Assembly: GCA_000320545.1 (NCBI GenBank)
Contig: ADNK01000875.1
Location: forward strand, 1-64,000
Direction: 5' to 3'
DNA from: Bigelowiella natans CCMP2755
Taxonomy: Eukaryota; Protista; Cercozoa
Length of the DNA: 64,000 nt
The position numbers and the translations under genes are program-made. This document shows, in pieces, positions 1 to 14,463 of the stretch. Below the pieces are notes generated by a model. The model was not told the origin of the DNA, made no database searches, and saw nothing but the letters and a program-made list of their open reading frames with translations. Positions within the stretch are counted from its first letter, which is position 1. Every line of letters begins with the position of its first letter.

Positions 1-99
1 GCTGCACTCACAGACACACCTTTGAGGTGTATTGTCCGTACTTGGTCCGGGATTTCAGAATGTCCGTCCTGGTTCTTCCAACCTTGGGGGGGGGGGGGG

Positions 100-142
<43 letters not shown>

Positions 143-1504
143 TGATTCGAAATCTTAATAGTTTTTAGAAAAACAGGTAGCACCAACAGTCATGTGGTCA
201 CTTATCGTGATCAAGTTCATGGCGCACAGTCACAGAGACAGAGGTGAGTCAAAGTATCGATTGTATGCTATAATAGCAGCTGCTGGTACGTACTACCGGA
301 AAAGAGCTTCACCCGTACGCACGGCCTTCATTGTGGAGGAGGAGTCAAAAGAAGAAAATGAGGAGGAGGAGGGGGAGGAAGCTACAATTACATCCACTAC
401 AACACCCAACAAGGAAGAAGAAAGACAAGAACTGATAGCATCGAATCGCTTTATGCGAGCAATTTGACGCTCCTCAAGTATGCAGATACCAGATATATTT
501 ATTGACAGCAATGACTGCATCCACTAGGGTACCACACCAACAATCATACAATCATACAAGCGCTGCCACTACCTGGATGAGCAATACAGGAGTGCCCTTC
601 GCCGCCAAACCAAACAATTTATCTAAAACTGCCCTGAACAAAGGTAGTTAATGCTGAGTCAAGATTGACCCCCCCCCCATCCCACCACCACCCCACCACG
701 CACACTCACACAGAGGCAATGAGAGGCAGTAGACGACACGTAGTACACTAAAGCAACACCGTGCTGTTTTTGGAGGTATTTTGTGGATGATCTTCTGCAG
801 GAGGCCACAGGTAAGCATGGCTGCCTGGCAATCCTAGATGGATGGAAGAGAGAAGAAGAAGAAGAAGAAGGAGGAGGAGGTCGTTTGTTACTAAGACGGA
901 CGGAGAGGAGGAGTCTGCTATCGATCATCCTCTTGTTGGATTGGTACTACCTTCGGGGAGCACTGATCCAATTCACTTGAGATTGTGCTTTTAATGGTTA
1001 CCCAGACAGGCTTCAGTGAAGATAGTGACGATGACTTTCCATTCTCATCGTTCTTACGATTATAGATAGAAAGGAGATGAAGAGTACGGGGGAGGGGGAA
1101 GAGAGCAGATCGGAAGGGGGGATAGGGGGGGGGGGGGCAAAGTTGTGAAGATGATGATGACATATTTGAACTACTCAACTATCTGCATACAGCAGCTAGT
1201 CGGCTCCTATGGGAGAAAGAAAGGAGATTGTCACTTCATCGCACTTGACAGTGTTGTACACAATCTATCTATTTTCCCCTCTTCTGTAACAAATGACGAA
1301 TTCCTAGCACTATCAAGGTCACTACTTGGTCCTCCCAGAAAGCGCTCAAAAGACTTTCAACAGCATTCTGAGAAATCTTACGAATTTCTGCCAGATATTG
1401 AACAACAAAACAACCGTCGTCAATAACAAATGGCGGGTCGCTTCTATAGGCAGTTTGTGATATCTACTATTAACTCACAATGTAATCTCATCTTCAAGAT
1501 GAAT

Positions 1505-1555
<51 letters not shown>

Positions 1556-1664
1556 AATGATCGTTTGTTGTTATCATTACTTGGCCTTAGATCGGTAGAG
1601 AACATTAAGAGACCCTAAGTGGGAGAGATTATCGAAGAAATTTAATGGGTGTACATTAATAACG

Positions 1665-1697
<33 letters not shown>

Positions 1698-3376
1698 TAT
1701 TACAAAATATAACGCGCACGCGTTTGTGTATGTGTTGGAAGGAGAACAAACAAAACCAGCTCTGAAGACACGAATGATCCAACACATGGTTGATGCAAGG
1801 AAGGTCTATTAGTCTCTTCTTCTTCCTCTTCTTCTTGATATTCATAATCATTGTTGCAAATGTACACAAACACACGAATAACAACCCTTAGTGCCATTAT
1901 AGCAGGGTGAAATCCAATTCCTCCTGGGCCGATCTGCATCATGGACAAAATCAGAACTTGGAAGATTGAGCAGCTATAATGATTGTTGTAAGGCTCCAGA
2001 CCCAATTTTTAATCTTCAGCGCGGAGAGAGTTATGCGTGTGCATTCGATACTCCATCTACAAGCGACGGGATCTTCATTGTGGCTAATGGGGCCAGAAGA
2101 AACGAGTCAATTTAAGTAGAATAAACTTTTAAACAAAATATTCAGGTTCAGACACTCAGAATCGTTCATTCAGAATCCTCCAACGAGTTTTGTTCAGGAT
2201 TACAACTAGGTATCATGCATATGACTTTGTAAGGGCGCGCGTAAGGAGAGTCAGTATTTCCTCGGAGCGAGAGCGTAACACTGCTTCTGTAAGATACATG
2301 CGACAAGTTAGCCCTTCAGAATCTTCTGCCCAAGGTTTCATAGATTGGATTTTCAAGGATTTGCAAAGATTATGCACAAAACCGATTTGTGACACCACCA
2401 CGATGTGAAACGTACCGTCTATGCTCTTGAACACCGCACCTAAGTAGTATGATGACAAATGATGACTTCCAGCGCAACAAACCAACCACTCAGATGACTT
2501 AAAAGTACCGAGAAGAAACATAATAGCCGCCACGTATGAGCTGTCAGCTTCTCTCTAAATGTTGGCATATATTGAAGAGATCATACCATGGGTTTTCCCC
2601 TACCACAAAATGATTCATATGAAGCTACCTCGCGCTCAAGAAATGACATAAGAGCAGCAAAATATGCCGTCGCCGGATAGATACCTTTCAATTCCAAAAT
2701 GAGATATATAGTATGTAGATATATGATGTTTGATATACCATTGGGATCCTTGCTCTTTCCATATTGCTGTGCGATGACCTAACGGGCGAGCATACAGTGA
2801 ATACTACTGATGGTGCAGTAAAGATTTTGCGGAGACTGAGTTTTGGACTGACCTCTGAAACCGCTTCTAATACAATATTTGCCTGCCATTGATAGTATGA
2901 AAATGATTCAGAAATTTGAAACAAGTGCGCCCACTAAATTCACATTCACACCTTCTTCATCCGAGGTTCTTTCGAATTTCGACGAGAACGAATCTTGAAG
3001 AATGACATTTTGCAAATAGTAAGTGACAGCCAGGTTGTGAGCATAGCCTCACAAATTCTCTTTCCACGGATAACGCTGTTGCCTCTCGCATACCTGTGCA
3101 AAGGGGTCCATGGTTTCCTTTTTTGCAGTTCGAACCAGATCGATCGACGAAGGGTGCAAGCACTGGCCTTGTTCAGACAAATGAATTATACGAGTTACAT
3201 ACAGAAGGAAGCGGTAAACAATCACATTCATCCCTTGCGACATCAAAATATTGGATGAGATACAACTTATCAACGGGATCTTCATTTTCCGTTGACAACC
3301 AGAACCAGCGGACATTATTAACAGGAAATTCTCCGACAAATGAAGAACTTAACGGCATCCATGCGAGCAACACCAT
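1..3376 (-). CDS. Hypothetical multi-exon protein, running off the left edge of the window
   Basis: Chain of short GT-AG bounded open exons on the minus strand (MVLLAWMPLSS..., SDPPFVIDDGCFVVQYLAEIRKISQNAVESLLSAFWEDQ, DCQAAMLTCGLLQKIIHKIPPK, AVLDKLFGLAAKGTPVLLIQ, WMQSLLSINISGICILEERQIARIKRF). No family recognised; could be two genes. Confidence 0.5.
85..139. repeat. Intronic poly-G plus (GA)n microsatellite
   Basis: Directly visible. Confidence 0.95.
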
Positions 3377-3542
3377 AATAAAATATTCGCTGCGTAAACT
3401 AGCTCGGCAGAAAGTGTTGTATGTGTTGTGGTGATCGAAAGTGTTGTGTGTGTTGTTGTTTCCATCAGTGGGGTACCACCCACCACCAACTGTACGTGCA
3501 CACCTTCGGAAGGAGGAAGAGCATCGAATTAACAGCCCCACG

Positions 3543-4896
3543 ATGCTGTGGCGCATTGCTCTCTTCGCTATTCTTTCTAATGCGGGCGGGCTCACTGTCC
3601 AAGCTTTAGTTCTCGCGTTTAGTCTCACATCCCCTGTAGCGCAAGGAATGTGGGAGCACCTTGTCCAAAGATATTCCATAAACGCTTTTTCAATGGTAGT
3701 TGGATTTATTATTTTTTTCCCTCAATGGCACCTGAGTGTAAATTATATTCCAGTCAGTACTCTATATCCCACTTTGGGCTCTTCTCGTGTACACCATAAA
3801 CGGGTTATACCTCGTCCTCCAGAACATGCTCTTCGGAGGAAATTTCAAAATTCAAAGCAGCAAACACATCCACTGGGATTATAAACTCATCATGAAGGTC
3901 GATATTTTTGAAGATACACCTATACGCTTGAAAACCAATTTTATTTCTACTTTATAAAAGGTATTTTACAATCTCTCATTCAATATGACGGTGGTAAACG
4001 TTGCATCATCCTTTATCATTTATTACCTTCAATCAACTATCCATCCTAACTGGGGATTGCGAGTGGAGGGATTCCCTTCAACCCAAGAAATGATGAGAGA
4101 TATTTTAATATGCTCTCTTGTTGCAGAGGTCCTAACCTTGATCGCATCATCCTTTTCGTTCGCTAATACGATATTTAATAAAACGCTGATGATGGTTCTC
4201 AATGCTGATTGTAATGATAGATGCACTCACTAATACAGCTATAACAATCCAATATCTCCCATGTTTATAATTAATGAATCGATGCATTTATAGGTATTAT
4301 TCTATCATAGTCACCGCATGCTCCATTCCAATTTCTGGTTCGGCATACACAAGATACATCACGAATTTCATGCCCCGATTGGGCTATTGGCTGCATATTG
4401 CCATCCTGTGGAGGTAGACCCTGAGTATTCTGTATATAACATTAATGTTCTAACATTACTGTGGATCATATGTAGATGGTGTTGTCAAACATCATTCCGC
4501 TGTTCATCTACATGTTCCTGGCAAGTGCTCATGCGTACACTATGGCTGTCTGGGTTTGCTTCGCCCTTCTCTCGACCCAGCACTCACACAACGGGTACCT
4601 TTTATAAATGACATAAGCCTGAAGATCAATGCATAAAACTTTGTGATGTCTGGAAAAGTGAATATGAAACTATGAGCCTGCAGGCACATGAAACTAGTCA
4701 CGATGTATACAGGTATCATTTCCCCTTTTGGAACATGAAGGCTTCTCTACACGATTATCACCATGAGAACACGGTTGGGGGCAATTTTGGAACCTTGGGA
4801 CTGTGTGACTGGCTATACGGAACTGATGTAAAGTGGAGGGCACGTCTGGCCTCGGATCGAGCTGGAGCTAAAGGGTTGAAAGCAAAAAATAGCTAA
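3543..4896 (+). CDS. Sterol desaturase / fatty acid hydroxylase superfamily protein (FAXDC2/ERG25-like), multi-exon
   Basis: His boxes FYHSHRMLH, IHKIHH and HDYHH, plus AAYCHPVE and NFGTLGLCDWLYGTD; hydrophobic N-terminus. Confidence 0.88.
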
Positions 4897-5537
4897 GAAT
4901 CCGATACATGACGACGATTGGGCATTATCTTTATTGCACAGCTCATTATGATTTCAATTTTTGGTGGATGTTCAAAGAATTGTATTGGCCATCAATAAAG
5001 CATTGAATTTGCATCATAGCAAAAAGCGCGCACCGTCGGGAGCTGACAGAAGATCTCGCTCTAGCAAAATCTAGCACTTAAGAACATGAGTAGTTTCGTG
5101 CGATGGCGGCAGCTCTATGTCACTACATGATGTTCATAACTTCCGTTTTACCTAGCTTGGTTATATAAAGTAAGAAGCTGTGGGGCACACAGCCGCTGTG
5201 TAACGACAACTACACACATGCATGCATGCACAACTAGACACAAATGACATGAGCACTAGACGTAGAGTTCGTACTGCGTGTCAAGTACGTTGGACGCTGT
5301 GCACATGCAGCATGCGAAAAATGGCAGCATAAACAAGTTCTGCATTAGTGCAATTCCAGTACGCACTGCTAGATTTAGAACAAGATCGACGGCTATGTAG
5401 CTCTAGAGCTACCGAGATTGCCGAATGCTCATCGTGGCGTACCAAGAAAAAAAATGAGAAATGACACTGCATGCTAAAGCAGCTAGACAATCTACATACT
5501 ACTCCGTAATCTATGAAATATTTTGAACATTTACATT

Positions 5538-6622
5538 TTATTTTCTCGCGACAGGGGGTTTCCACAGCATTATCGCATTGGAGGCAGGGATGACCAGGAA
5601 AGCAATCCAACGATGGGCTTCGAAAACCAAATCTATCCAGTATGCGAAAGAGTAGAATACTGTGACCGCTATGAAAAGCCCGAGGTATCCTAAAATTGCA
5701 TATGGCCTCGTGTAATCCAGAAAGAAATAGTAGAAGATTCCAACGCCCCACTGCTCATTCGCCCAAGCAAAGAGTACGTATGCGACGCCGTAGACTAGAA
5801 CAGCCGGGAAGTGATATGCATGGATATCAAACCTATTCAAAACCAACTCGAGCAGCATGAATAGGGTATTCAAGTTGTGCATTGCCAGGACAGTCCATTT
5901 GAATAGAAAGTCCATGGGGTATCCTCTCGACTGCGACATCGGCACTAGCACAAACGTGACTACGATCGTTACGAGCAACGCCATGGCCAGCGACAGCTCA
6001 AATAAAATCCATTGCAAGGGAATCATAGAGACTGGAAGAAGATGGAGGGAAGCCATCGTTGCCAGGAAAAAATAAACACCTTGTAGGAGCCAACACCACA
6101 CCGTGAAAGTTGTCAGCCGGGTCATTCCGCGCAAAAGCACCTTGTTCTCGGGTTTCCGCGTCGATCTTCCTATTACTTGGGTCGGATTGGGATCCGTGCA
6201 TATGTTGAATATCACAGTTAAAACCACAGCAAGGGCAACAGCTCGTAGAGAAAGCAATAATGTCCAGGATACATCTGAATCCCCCTATGAAATGAATGCA
6301 TTCATTAGAAGTATTTTGTTCGACGAGGTAGATGAATGGAATGATAGTATGATGAAGTTTGAGGAAAAGTTAGGATGCACAATTATTTACACAAAATGTA
6401 CATTCGAGTTAAGTATTTGACAACAACTCAAAGTATCAACATGGTACCCTATGCTTTCCCAAAGCGAAACACACAGAACAACTTTTGTAGATGCATCATT
6501 ACCGCGTGGTTTGGGGTCGCTCGCTCCCATTGCAGGGTCCCTTCATAATGCCACGTGACAGTTTTGTAAACACACATGCCAAGTACACCGCAGACTAGAG
6601 CTGCGCAGTCCAGAAACCCCAT
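5538..6622 (-). CDS. FAR-17a/AIG1/rolling-stone-like polytopic membrane protein, 2 exons (6622-6503, 6284-5538)
   Basis: In-phase GT..AG intron; several TM helices; TTFTVW, MHNLN and FYYFFLD resemble the conserved Thr, His and YxFL motifs of the family. Confidence 0.68.
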
Positions 6623-6874
6623 GGCTATCTGATGTATTCGCACCACTGCTGCCAGAGGAGCAGACAGCAATCGGCTGTGTTATTCTGGAAAGAAATCCTT
6701 GCGATTTTTAACCTACGACATGCATCGAAACATTGTCGTAAGATAACACTCGGAAGGGGAGCACACCCTGCTGTCGATACTGCCCCGAAGTCGAATCGAC
6801 GAGCCGGAACGACGACGAAAGTGCTGCAAATCTGTCCCCCGGAACCACGCCGTGCGTCTGCTCTGCGCACGGCG

Positions 6875-8452
6875 ATGATTGGATTCACCCTCATTATTCA
6901 GCTTGTTGCTGTTTCTATTATGGCCCGACACACAACAGCGTCGGACGCAGTAGGGAATGCCGCCGCCATCAGGAAAACTGTCAAGATTGGGTACGTCTCC
7001 TCGACTCTCTATCCTTCCGGTGAGCCAGCACCATGGGGTGAGGACATGTTAATTGCTACGAAGATGGCAATTCATCACTTTAATAGCATACAGCACAGGG
7101 AGGACGGTGAGTTTCGTATTATGCTCCCAGAAAGTTGTTTATTTGAAGCCCGAGGCATGCCGGGCCGCGAGCTTGAAAATGCTCTCGGAAAAATGGCGGA
7201 CAAGGGCGTTACCGCGGTGTGCCAATGAAAAACTGTCATTATTTCTAATCATTTACTTAAATTATGTGTGGACTAGGTTCTTGGAGGCGATTGGACGCGT
7301 GTGGCGGCACAAATGTCTGCAGAAAATGGAACACTTTGGAGTGCGGGTCGAATTCCAGTCATCTCTGCTGGGGCGACCTCGTCGAGTTTGGACTCCCGCA
7401 CAACATATCCTGGACTTTTCCGAACGTGCTATAGTGATTCTACAATCCAATCGACATTCTCCAAAGCCTTCATACCATTTAGTTCGAACGTTGTAGCCGT
7501 GATCGGGACCACGGATGATTTTGGTTATGGGGGGTTGAGGGCATACAATACCAGCCTTAAATCCATGGGAGTGCTAATTGGAGGCTATGGTGAATTTATT
7601 TCCTCAAATCCCGAGACTGGAGAGGCAAAGGGGGACGACTGTGCGAACGATGTGGATAATTTCGGCTATGTTTGCGACGTAGTTCATTCAGTCGTTCGAG
7701 CAGCGGAACGCTACCGGGGTGAACATTCATTCCCACTGTTCATATCTGCGACAGGTCCATCAACTCAATGCGTCCTTGGCTGCCTCTCTGTTCTTAATGT
7801 CACCAGCAAAATCTCAGTTATAGCGGTCTGTTTCTGTAGATTTCTATTACTTTATTTGCTGATGGTGGCCTTTGATTTCCAGGCGACAGAGGTAGTGCAT
7901 CCACAAAATAGCACTTCTAATCCATCTCAACAGAAGTTCTTTGAACTTGTGGTAAACTCTGCGCGAGGATACTTTACCTATTTAGCATCTCCTTACAAGG
8001 AGACGAAAGAGTATTCGAGATTCGTGACCGATTTTGTTGACAAAACCGGTCACTCACCGAGCGTCTGGGCTATATATGCTTATGATGCTGTCTTTGTTGC
8101 TGCGACGGCGATTCTCAAGGCTGCACCACGTTCGATATCACTCGTTGAGGCATTACAGGATTCATATTTTTTTGGACTGTCTGGTTTGACGAAGTATAAT
8201 CACGGTAGCCGTATTTTTTTAAAGATTATTGGAAGACATATAAAATTTATCCAATTTGTTTATTCAGGGTATACAGCACCTTTATCGAGACGAAAGGTTA
8301 TTCTACGTATGTCTACGTCAGGGGCTACAAAAACTGACCAGAATGGATTTTTAACTTTCGAAAATTTTCACGAATGCGGCATCAGTGGTGCTGACGGGCA
8401 GTCTCAGCAGACCCACCTTTATTACGATTCGATAAGAGATTTGTTAATATAG
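6875..8452 (+). CDS. Secreted type-1 periplasmic-binding (Venus flytrap / ANF-receptor-like) protein
   Basis: Signal peptide, VKIG, MAIHHFN, IPVISAGATSSSL, YPGLFRT, DDFGYGG, YAYDAV, FFGLSG; intron about 7217-7277 and probably two more short in-frame introns. Confidence 0.8.
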
Positions 8453-9189
8453 AAGCTTGACTGACTTAGATTGTTATCTTAAATGTAACCGTTTGCCAGA
8501 AATATCATTAAACAAGGACCGTGCGTCAAGGGCCTATTTTGATCTACTGACGTACTCTTTCTATTAGTAATGCTTGCGCATGCAGCACATGTGTCACAAC
8601 GCTAAGATCAACGGCGTAGTTCCGCATTGCATTGCTACGACGAAGTGATCGTGAAAGTCAAATAAATTTTCACGTTCCACATAGCTACAGCTACGCGATG
8701 CATCGATATTGTGAAATTGGGCGCTAGCTAGCTAGTATGTAAATTTAGATAGACATTCAATTTTGAGCTATGATATTTTTGCTACTAAATGCTACTTGAA
8801 ATGCTAATTACGCCGCGGGTTCTGCAACCATTTACCATTATACTATCTAGCCATGCTTTGCTAATCGAAATGCAAGCGAGCTATAAGGTAGTTGAAATGG
8901 CTATCAGCACCAGTGACTCGTATAGCAACGTGAACAATACAAATTGTTAAAGACATGCGAATACATAATCAAAGCTGCTAAAAAGTGCAGTGTAAATTGT
9001 GTGCTCGCAACATTCTATGCATCGTGCAATTGTCAAGTCGTGTAGCTGTGCACTTCAACGGAACAATTAAAACATTACCGTTCGTCTGACTCTCGATGGT
9101 AATCACGCTTTATCAAAAGCCAAATGCAATTTTACATAGAGTAGTGCTTGATATTTTTCATGATTACTCGTAGCATACTAATTTCACGT

Positions 9190-9845
9190 TCAGTCATCCT
9201 CATGTAAAATGTATTTGATCTCTTCTAAGGTATCGTTAATCTTTTCAATAATAGTCGCCATCTGGCGTTGATATGATCTAAGTGTTGAAGTATATTCTGG
9301 GGCGTCTTTATCTTGCCTAAAATTGGACAGTTGTAAAAACTCTTTTCTAACGAAAGGTAGCATTTTTAAACCTGTCTAAAAGATATTTCGTCTTTAAAAC
9401 TTGGATTTTCACGGTCTGTTTGATAAGGGGCCATCATCATAAAAGAATTAAGCATGGTTGAAATCGTCACCAGCTGGAGCTTTGCCTTCTCGTTGTCCTG
9501 GATTTGCCGTATATGTGCTGCCCATTCATTTCTTTTAAGCTCGATGAGCTCCTTCTCTATTTTGAGGATATCGTCGCCAATCGCCTTAAATTTTTTTGTG
9601 ATGCTTTTGCAAGAGGATTGGTATGTCTTGACATCCCGGTCCCCTAGATACCTGAATTAATACAAATTCGATTCGAACTTCCGATGAATGGAAGAAGCTT
9701 CTTTTCAAACACCGCCCTCTGTTCTTCCTGCGCCATATTACTTTACAAACCTCTTGAAAAAGAATCTAAGTTCACTGTAGGAGTTGGCACGTTGTTCCTG
9801 ACGTTTGGTGAATTCTTTCAGTAGGGCTTTGGCGTTGGACGCCAT
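9190..9845 (-). CDS. REX1BD: REX1-B domain protein (DNA-repair-associated coiled coil), 3 exons
   Basis: Spliced product MASNAKALLKEFTKRQEQRANSYSELRFFFKRYL...YQSSCKSITKKFKAIGDDILKIEKEL...IRQIQDNEKAKLQL...IIEKINDTLEEIKY matches the REX1-B pattern as I recall it. Confidence 0.78.
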
Positions 9846-10240
9846 CAAAAAGGGTGGGCGACGAGCCGCGAACTGCTGATGCCTTCTGTAGTCTTGTCAG
9901 GAGTACATGATGGTGTGATATACTTCCAGAATTAAATACTACACACATGCACGTATTCCATCCTTGATATCGCCGATATTCGCCGATGTTACTCAATCGA
10001 TTCGTCCTCTTGCGACGAGAGTATTTCCTTGTCGCTTTTTGAAATATCACTCGTTGCAGGTGCATATTCGATCGGGCGGTGTTCCGAAGCCGGTTGGATA
10101 GCAATGTGTTATATACCTGCGACATGAGCAGATGGATGTCGTAATATTGATACTCCATTCTTTTTCTGCACATTTTCTCCGTCTCTCGGAATCGTTCTCC
10201 CCCCACAAGGAACGCCACCAACAGCGGCAATTGGAAAAAA

Positions 10241-10702
10241 ATGGGGCGGAAGTCAAAAACAACAGGAAAGAGGATCACAAAATCCTCGAAGTTAGGACGA
10301 ACACTTATGAAAGCGAAGTAAGAATTTGAAGAGATTAGATTTATTTCATTCGACGAGTTCGTTGACGTGGAAATGACAATCCTTCTGGTTGCAGGAGGCA
10401 ACAGAGGCTGGTGAAAGTTGGTAACGCGATGTGTAATGAAATGCACGTCACTGATGTTCAGGTTGATCTTTCTTCCTTTCCCTCTCCCCTTTCCTTCTAC
10501 CCATCCGCCATTTTCAAATAGCAAGTAAAACATGCCTCCGGAATAGCACAACAATGTTGCCTAGCGATTCCTCACATACTGGTTTACTATTATATAGGAG
10601 GGTGATGAAGGGAAGCTACAAAGTATTCTCGAGCGAAATGCGCTCGATGAGTTTCTGGACAATGCAGTGATGGTACATGTCGATGCCTACCAACAGTAGA
10701 AG

Positions 10703-10738
<36 letters not shown>

Positions 10739-11117
10739 ATTCATGAAAATACAGCAAGAACCATCATGTTGATAGGCGGATAGGGAGTTTACAGCGGAGA
10801 GAATTGTTCGTGTTCTACCGGGTACCACTGGAGGAGGAGATGAGGACGAGGATGAGGACGATGAGGCGGGTGATGAAAAGGAGGGAGACTCTTCGTCAAC
10901 ATCCCAACCATCAAAGAGGTGATTCTTCGTCGTTGTCGTCGTCGTAGCAATGACTGAAAAACAGAGGAAACGATAGTATAGTCTGAATTGCAGTTTTTCA
11001 ACTGCCTAAGCATTACATATTAAATCAATTGTCTCTGCTCATGCAGCTGGACGGCATCGACATTCGAACAAGTGCGAATTCCCAAGCGGCCTCGGTGGGA
11101 GCACATAAAGGTTGTAA

Positions 11118-11157
<40 letters not shown>

Positions 11158-12295
11158 TTCATAAAAGAAGTACACCCAAGATAGGACAGCATCAGCCCAT
11201 ATATTAGCAGTCATAGTAGTAGTAATAAAGTGTAGCGTCATACTCTTGAAGACACATCATGTGTATTGGTATTGCTAAAGCTACTGCTTCTCTCCTTTTG
11301 TTGTTGATAGGATCTTACTGGCGAACAACTGGACAGGATGGAAAAGGACGCATTTCTGGAGTGGTGGGGATTCTGCAAAACAAATTACCACGTTACCTTC
11401 TCCTGAACTTCTCCATTTCTTGCAACTGGATGCATATTTGATGCTGCTTTTATTGTTTGTTATAATTTGTTGTGCTACAAACCACCCTCCTGATCATCTT
11501 TAGGCGTAGAGCTCTTGCCCAAAAGGAAGAACGTGAGTGCCTTTGCATACTGCTATGTTGATGATGCTTTCAAAGGGATGTGGAACAATATATATTGGTT
11601 GATTAGTAGGGATAATTCTGCTAGCGAGGCACCCCTCCTTTCCCAATAATACCCAAGAAGCATCATCATTGCGTCGTCATCTCCAAAACATATTGATACG
11701 ACAATATTTGTATTTTCAAAACATACTGATACAACAACATACGTAGATTCCTCGCGTGCCATTACACCGTTTGAGAAAAATCTTCAAGTTTGGCGGCAAC
11801 TATGGCGTGTCGTCGAGCGATCAGATGTAATGCAACTATGAAGAAGAAGAAGAAGAAGAAGAAGAAGAGGAGGAGGAGGAGAGGAGAGGAAGGAGAGCAC
11901 ATGAGTGATAACACGATACATCCGAGTGTTCCTGAAACCGTGTTGAACTACCAGAGAATATGTATTCTCGTCGATAGATCAGATGAAGGAGGAAATCTTA
12001 CTCCTCCCTCCCCACCGATGATGCAAATTAGGTCGTCGTCCAAATTGTAGATGCCCGGAATCCTCTCTTGTTTCGATGTGAAGGTAGCACCTAGTCATAA
12101 ATTCAAAAATACTCTATGAGCAGAGCAGTAGTGGTAGTAATAGCATTACATTCTGGTAATCGGAAAGGCTGGGGAGCTTTTGCTTGCCCCCCTCCCCCTC
12201 TTCTTTCCCGCGCCACTACTACTACTACTACTACTACTATACTGCTACTGCTACTACCACTACTAATAACTTCAATAATGCTTCTACTACTACTG

Positions 12296-12326
<31 letters not shown>

Positions 12327-12440
12327 AACTTCAATGCAGACCTAGGGGGGTACGTGGCAGAAATGGCTGTCCGCCAGGGAACTGCGAAAGCTCACATCCT
12401 CGTCATCAACAAGGTAGTATACACGATGCATCTATACACG

Positions 12441-12481
<41 letters not shown>

Positions 12482-12926
12482 ACGTACGCACACACATGTC
12501 ACATACATCATCTTGCAGCGGAAGAGGTTTCACGTTCATCGATGACACCATCACGTGGCCAAATTTTTGATTGATGTGCGAATATTAGGCCGATTTCCTT
12601 CCCCTAACGGCACGCAAGTTATGGAAGAGCTATCTAGATGATCGTGGCATTCCGTTTGTCTTCTGGTGGGCTGCTTGTTTAGAACTAATGCCTGCATCCT
12701 ACTCATAATAGGTAACAGATCTTGAGTATTCTTATTCTCTTCCACCGATTAGGTCGGCAAGGTTAGCCGAGAAAGAACTGAATCTCCAGTACAAGAGCAA
12801 GCACAATACCAACGAGGATGACAGGGACAAAGAGCGTCGTAGAATTCTCTCGGTGCTTGTTTCTGCTCCCCCCTTGCGCGCACACTCGATGATATTTACT
12901 TTAATCTTTACACATAGTAAAATGAT

Positions 12927-12964
<38 letters not shown>

Positions 12965-14432
12965 ATACAGCTATATTTTTAGTGCATCATCATTTTAATG
13001 TGATGTCATAATGATGCATGCATGAAATTGATTTTCTCGAAATTTCTCAGCTGGGCCGTGAAATGAAAGGAAGTAATAACGAATCTGCTGAAGCAGGGAT
13101 AGAACTCGATGACGAGCGAGACGCAGACGTTTCTGGAAGGTGACATGCGATATTGGAGCAATCTCTCTTCTCTCTCTCTCTCTCTATTTATCTACCTCAA
13201 CCTCCTTCCGACCTCCCCTCTCCTTTTCACTCTTCCCCTTGCTCCTCCTTTAGTACGATTCTACCATATGATACACAATGATCAACTGTGCTCGTTATTA
13301 TTCCATTCCATCATTCCACAGCACCACTCGCATTTTGTCGCGCACGGAGATCCTCCGCTACTTCGAGAATCTTGGCCGCAATCAGCAAAAGCAGAAGCAG
13401 GGACAAGGAAAAAAGGGGAGAAAAGCGGATAATGATGATGATGATAAGGAATCATCGACGGCAGTGACAGTTGGTATGATTGGATATCCGAACGTGGGAA
13501 AGAGTAGCACCGTTAACGTACTGATGGGAGAGAAGAAGGTCAGCGTCTCTGCTACCCCCGGAAAGACAAAGCACTTCCAAACGCTGGAGGTAGTATGGAT
13601 AGTAGTAATAGTAGTAGTATTAGTACTAGCGGTAGAAGTCGCAGCAGCAGTAACTCAGTAGTACCAAAGCATGAGGGTCTCCTGCGACAAGATATAAGAC
13701 AGAAAAACACAAGAATAGCAATTGTATTAATAATAATACGACAACAACAAAAATCAATCAACAACTCGCACACATGTAAGGTTCACAAGGGATTGCGATT
13801 GTGCGACTGCCCGGGTCTCGTATTTCCAATCTTCATGAGGTTATCATTTATTACTGTCATCCATAGTGGAAGAAGCAGCAGGGAGTGGCGAAGAGAAAGA
13901 GAGTTAGATTTAGAAGAGAATGGAGGAGAATAGCCGTCGTAGTGATGACCGTTGATCTGTGGCACCCCTTCTTGGTTGGTTGCGTTAAATTACGTCTGTA
14001 GATCGAAAGCTGCACTCGTCGTAAGCGGCATCTTCCCAATCGCTCAGCTGCGGGACCATATCTCCCCTGTCCACGAAGTGGTGATATCAAACCAAAAACA
14101 ATAAACTTAACAACTGCTAATGGTAGAGGAACATAAGAAGAACGGTATGATCTTGATGTGAACGCTGTATCAATATTGATAAGTCCATACATAATCTATC
14201 TATCTATCTACCACCCATGATCATAGGTTTCAAGGGTAACACGACAGCAGCTGCATCATCTCTATGCTCTCACATTTCCCGTCTCAAAACCTGTCACTGC
14301 GGAGCTTCTGCTCTCTACACATGCGCGCATGAGGGGATTCATGAAGGTGGGCAGCGGATAAGAATGGAGAGCTGTTGTTGTTGTTGTTTGCAGCATATAG
14401 ATCATCGTAGCAAGAATAACATATGCAAGTAC

Positions 14433-14463
<31 letters not shown>

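Noticed and set aside
9846-10554. 260-aa minus-strand ORF, or a REX1-S/TFB5-like upstream cistron ahead of REX1-B
   Set aside because: The ORF overlaps the first LSG1 exons antisense and has no TFB5-like motif. A TGATG stop-start overlap exists at 9843-9847, but no convincing upstream coding chain supports it.
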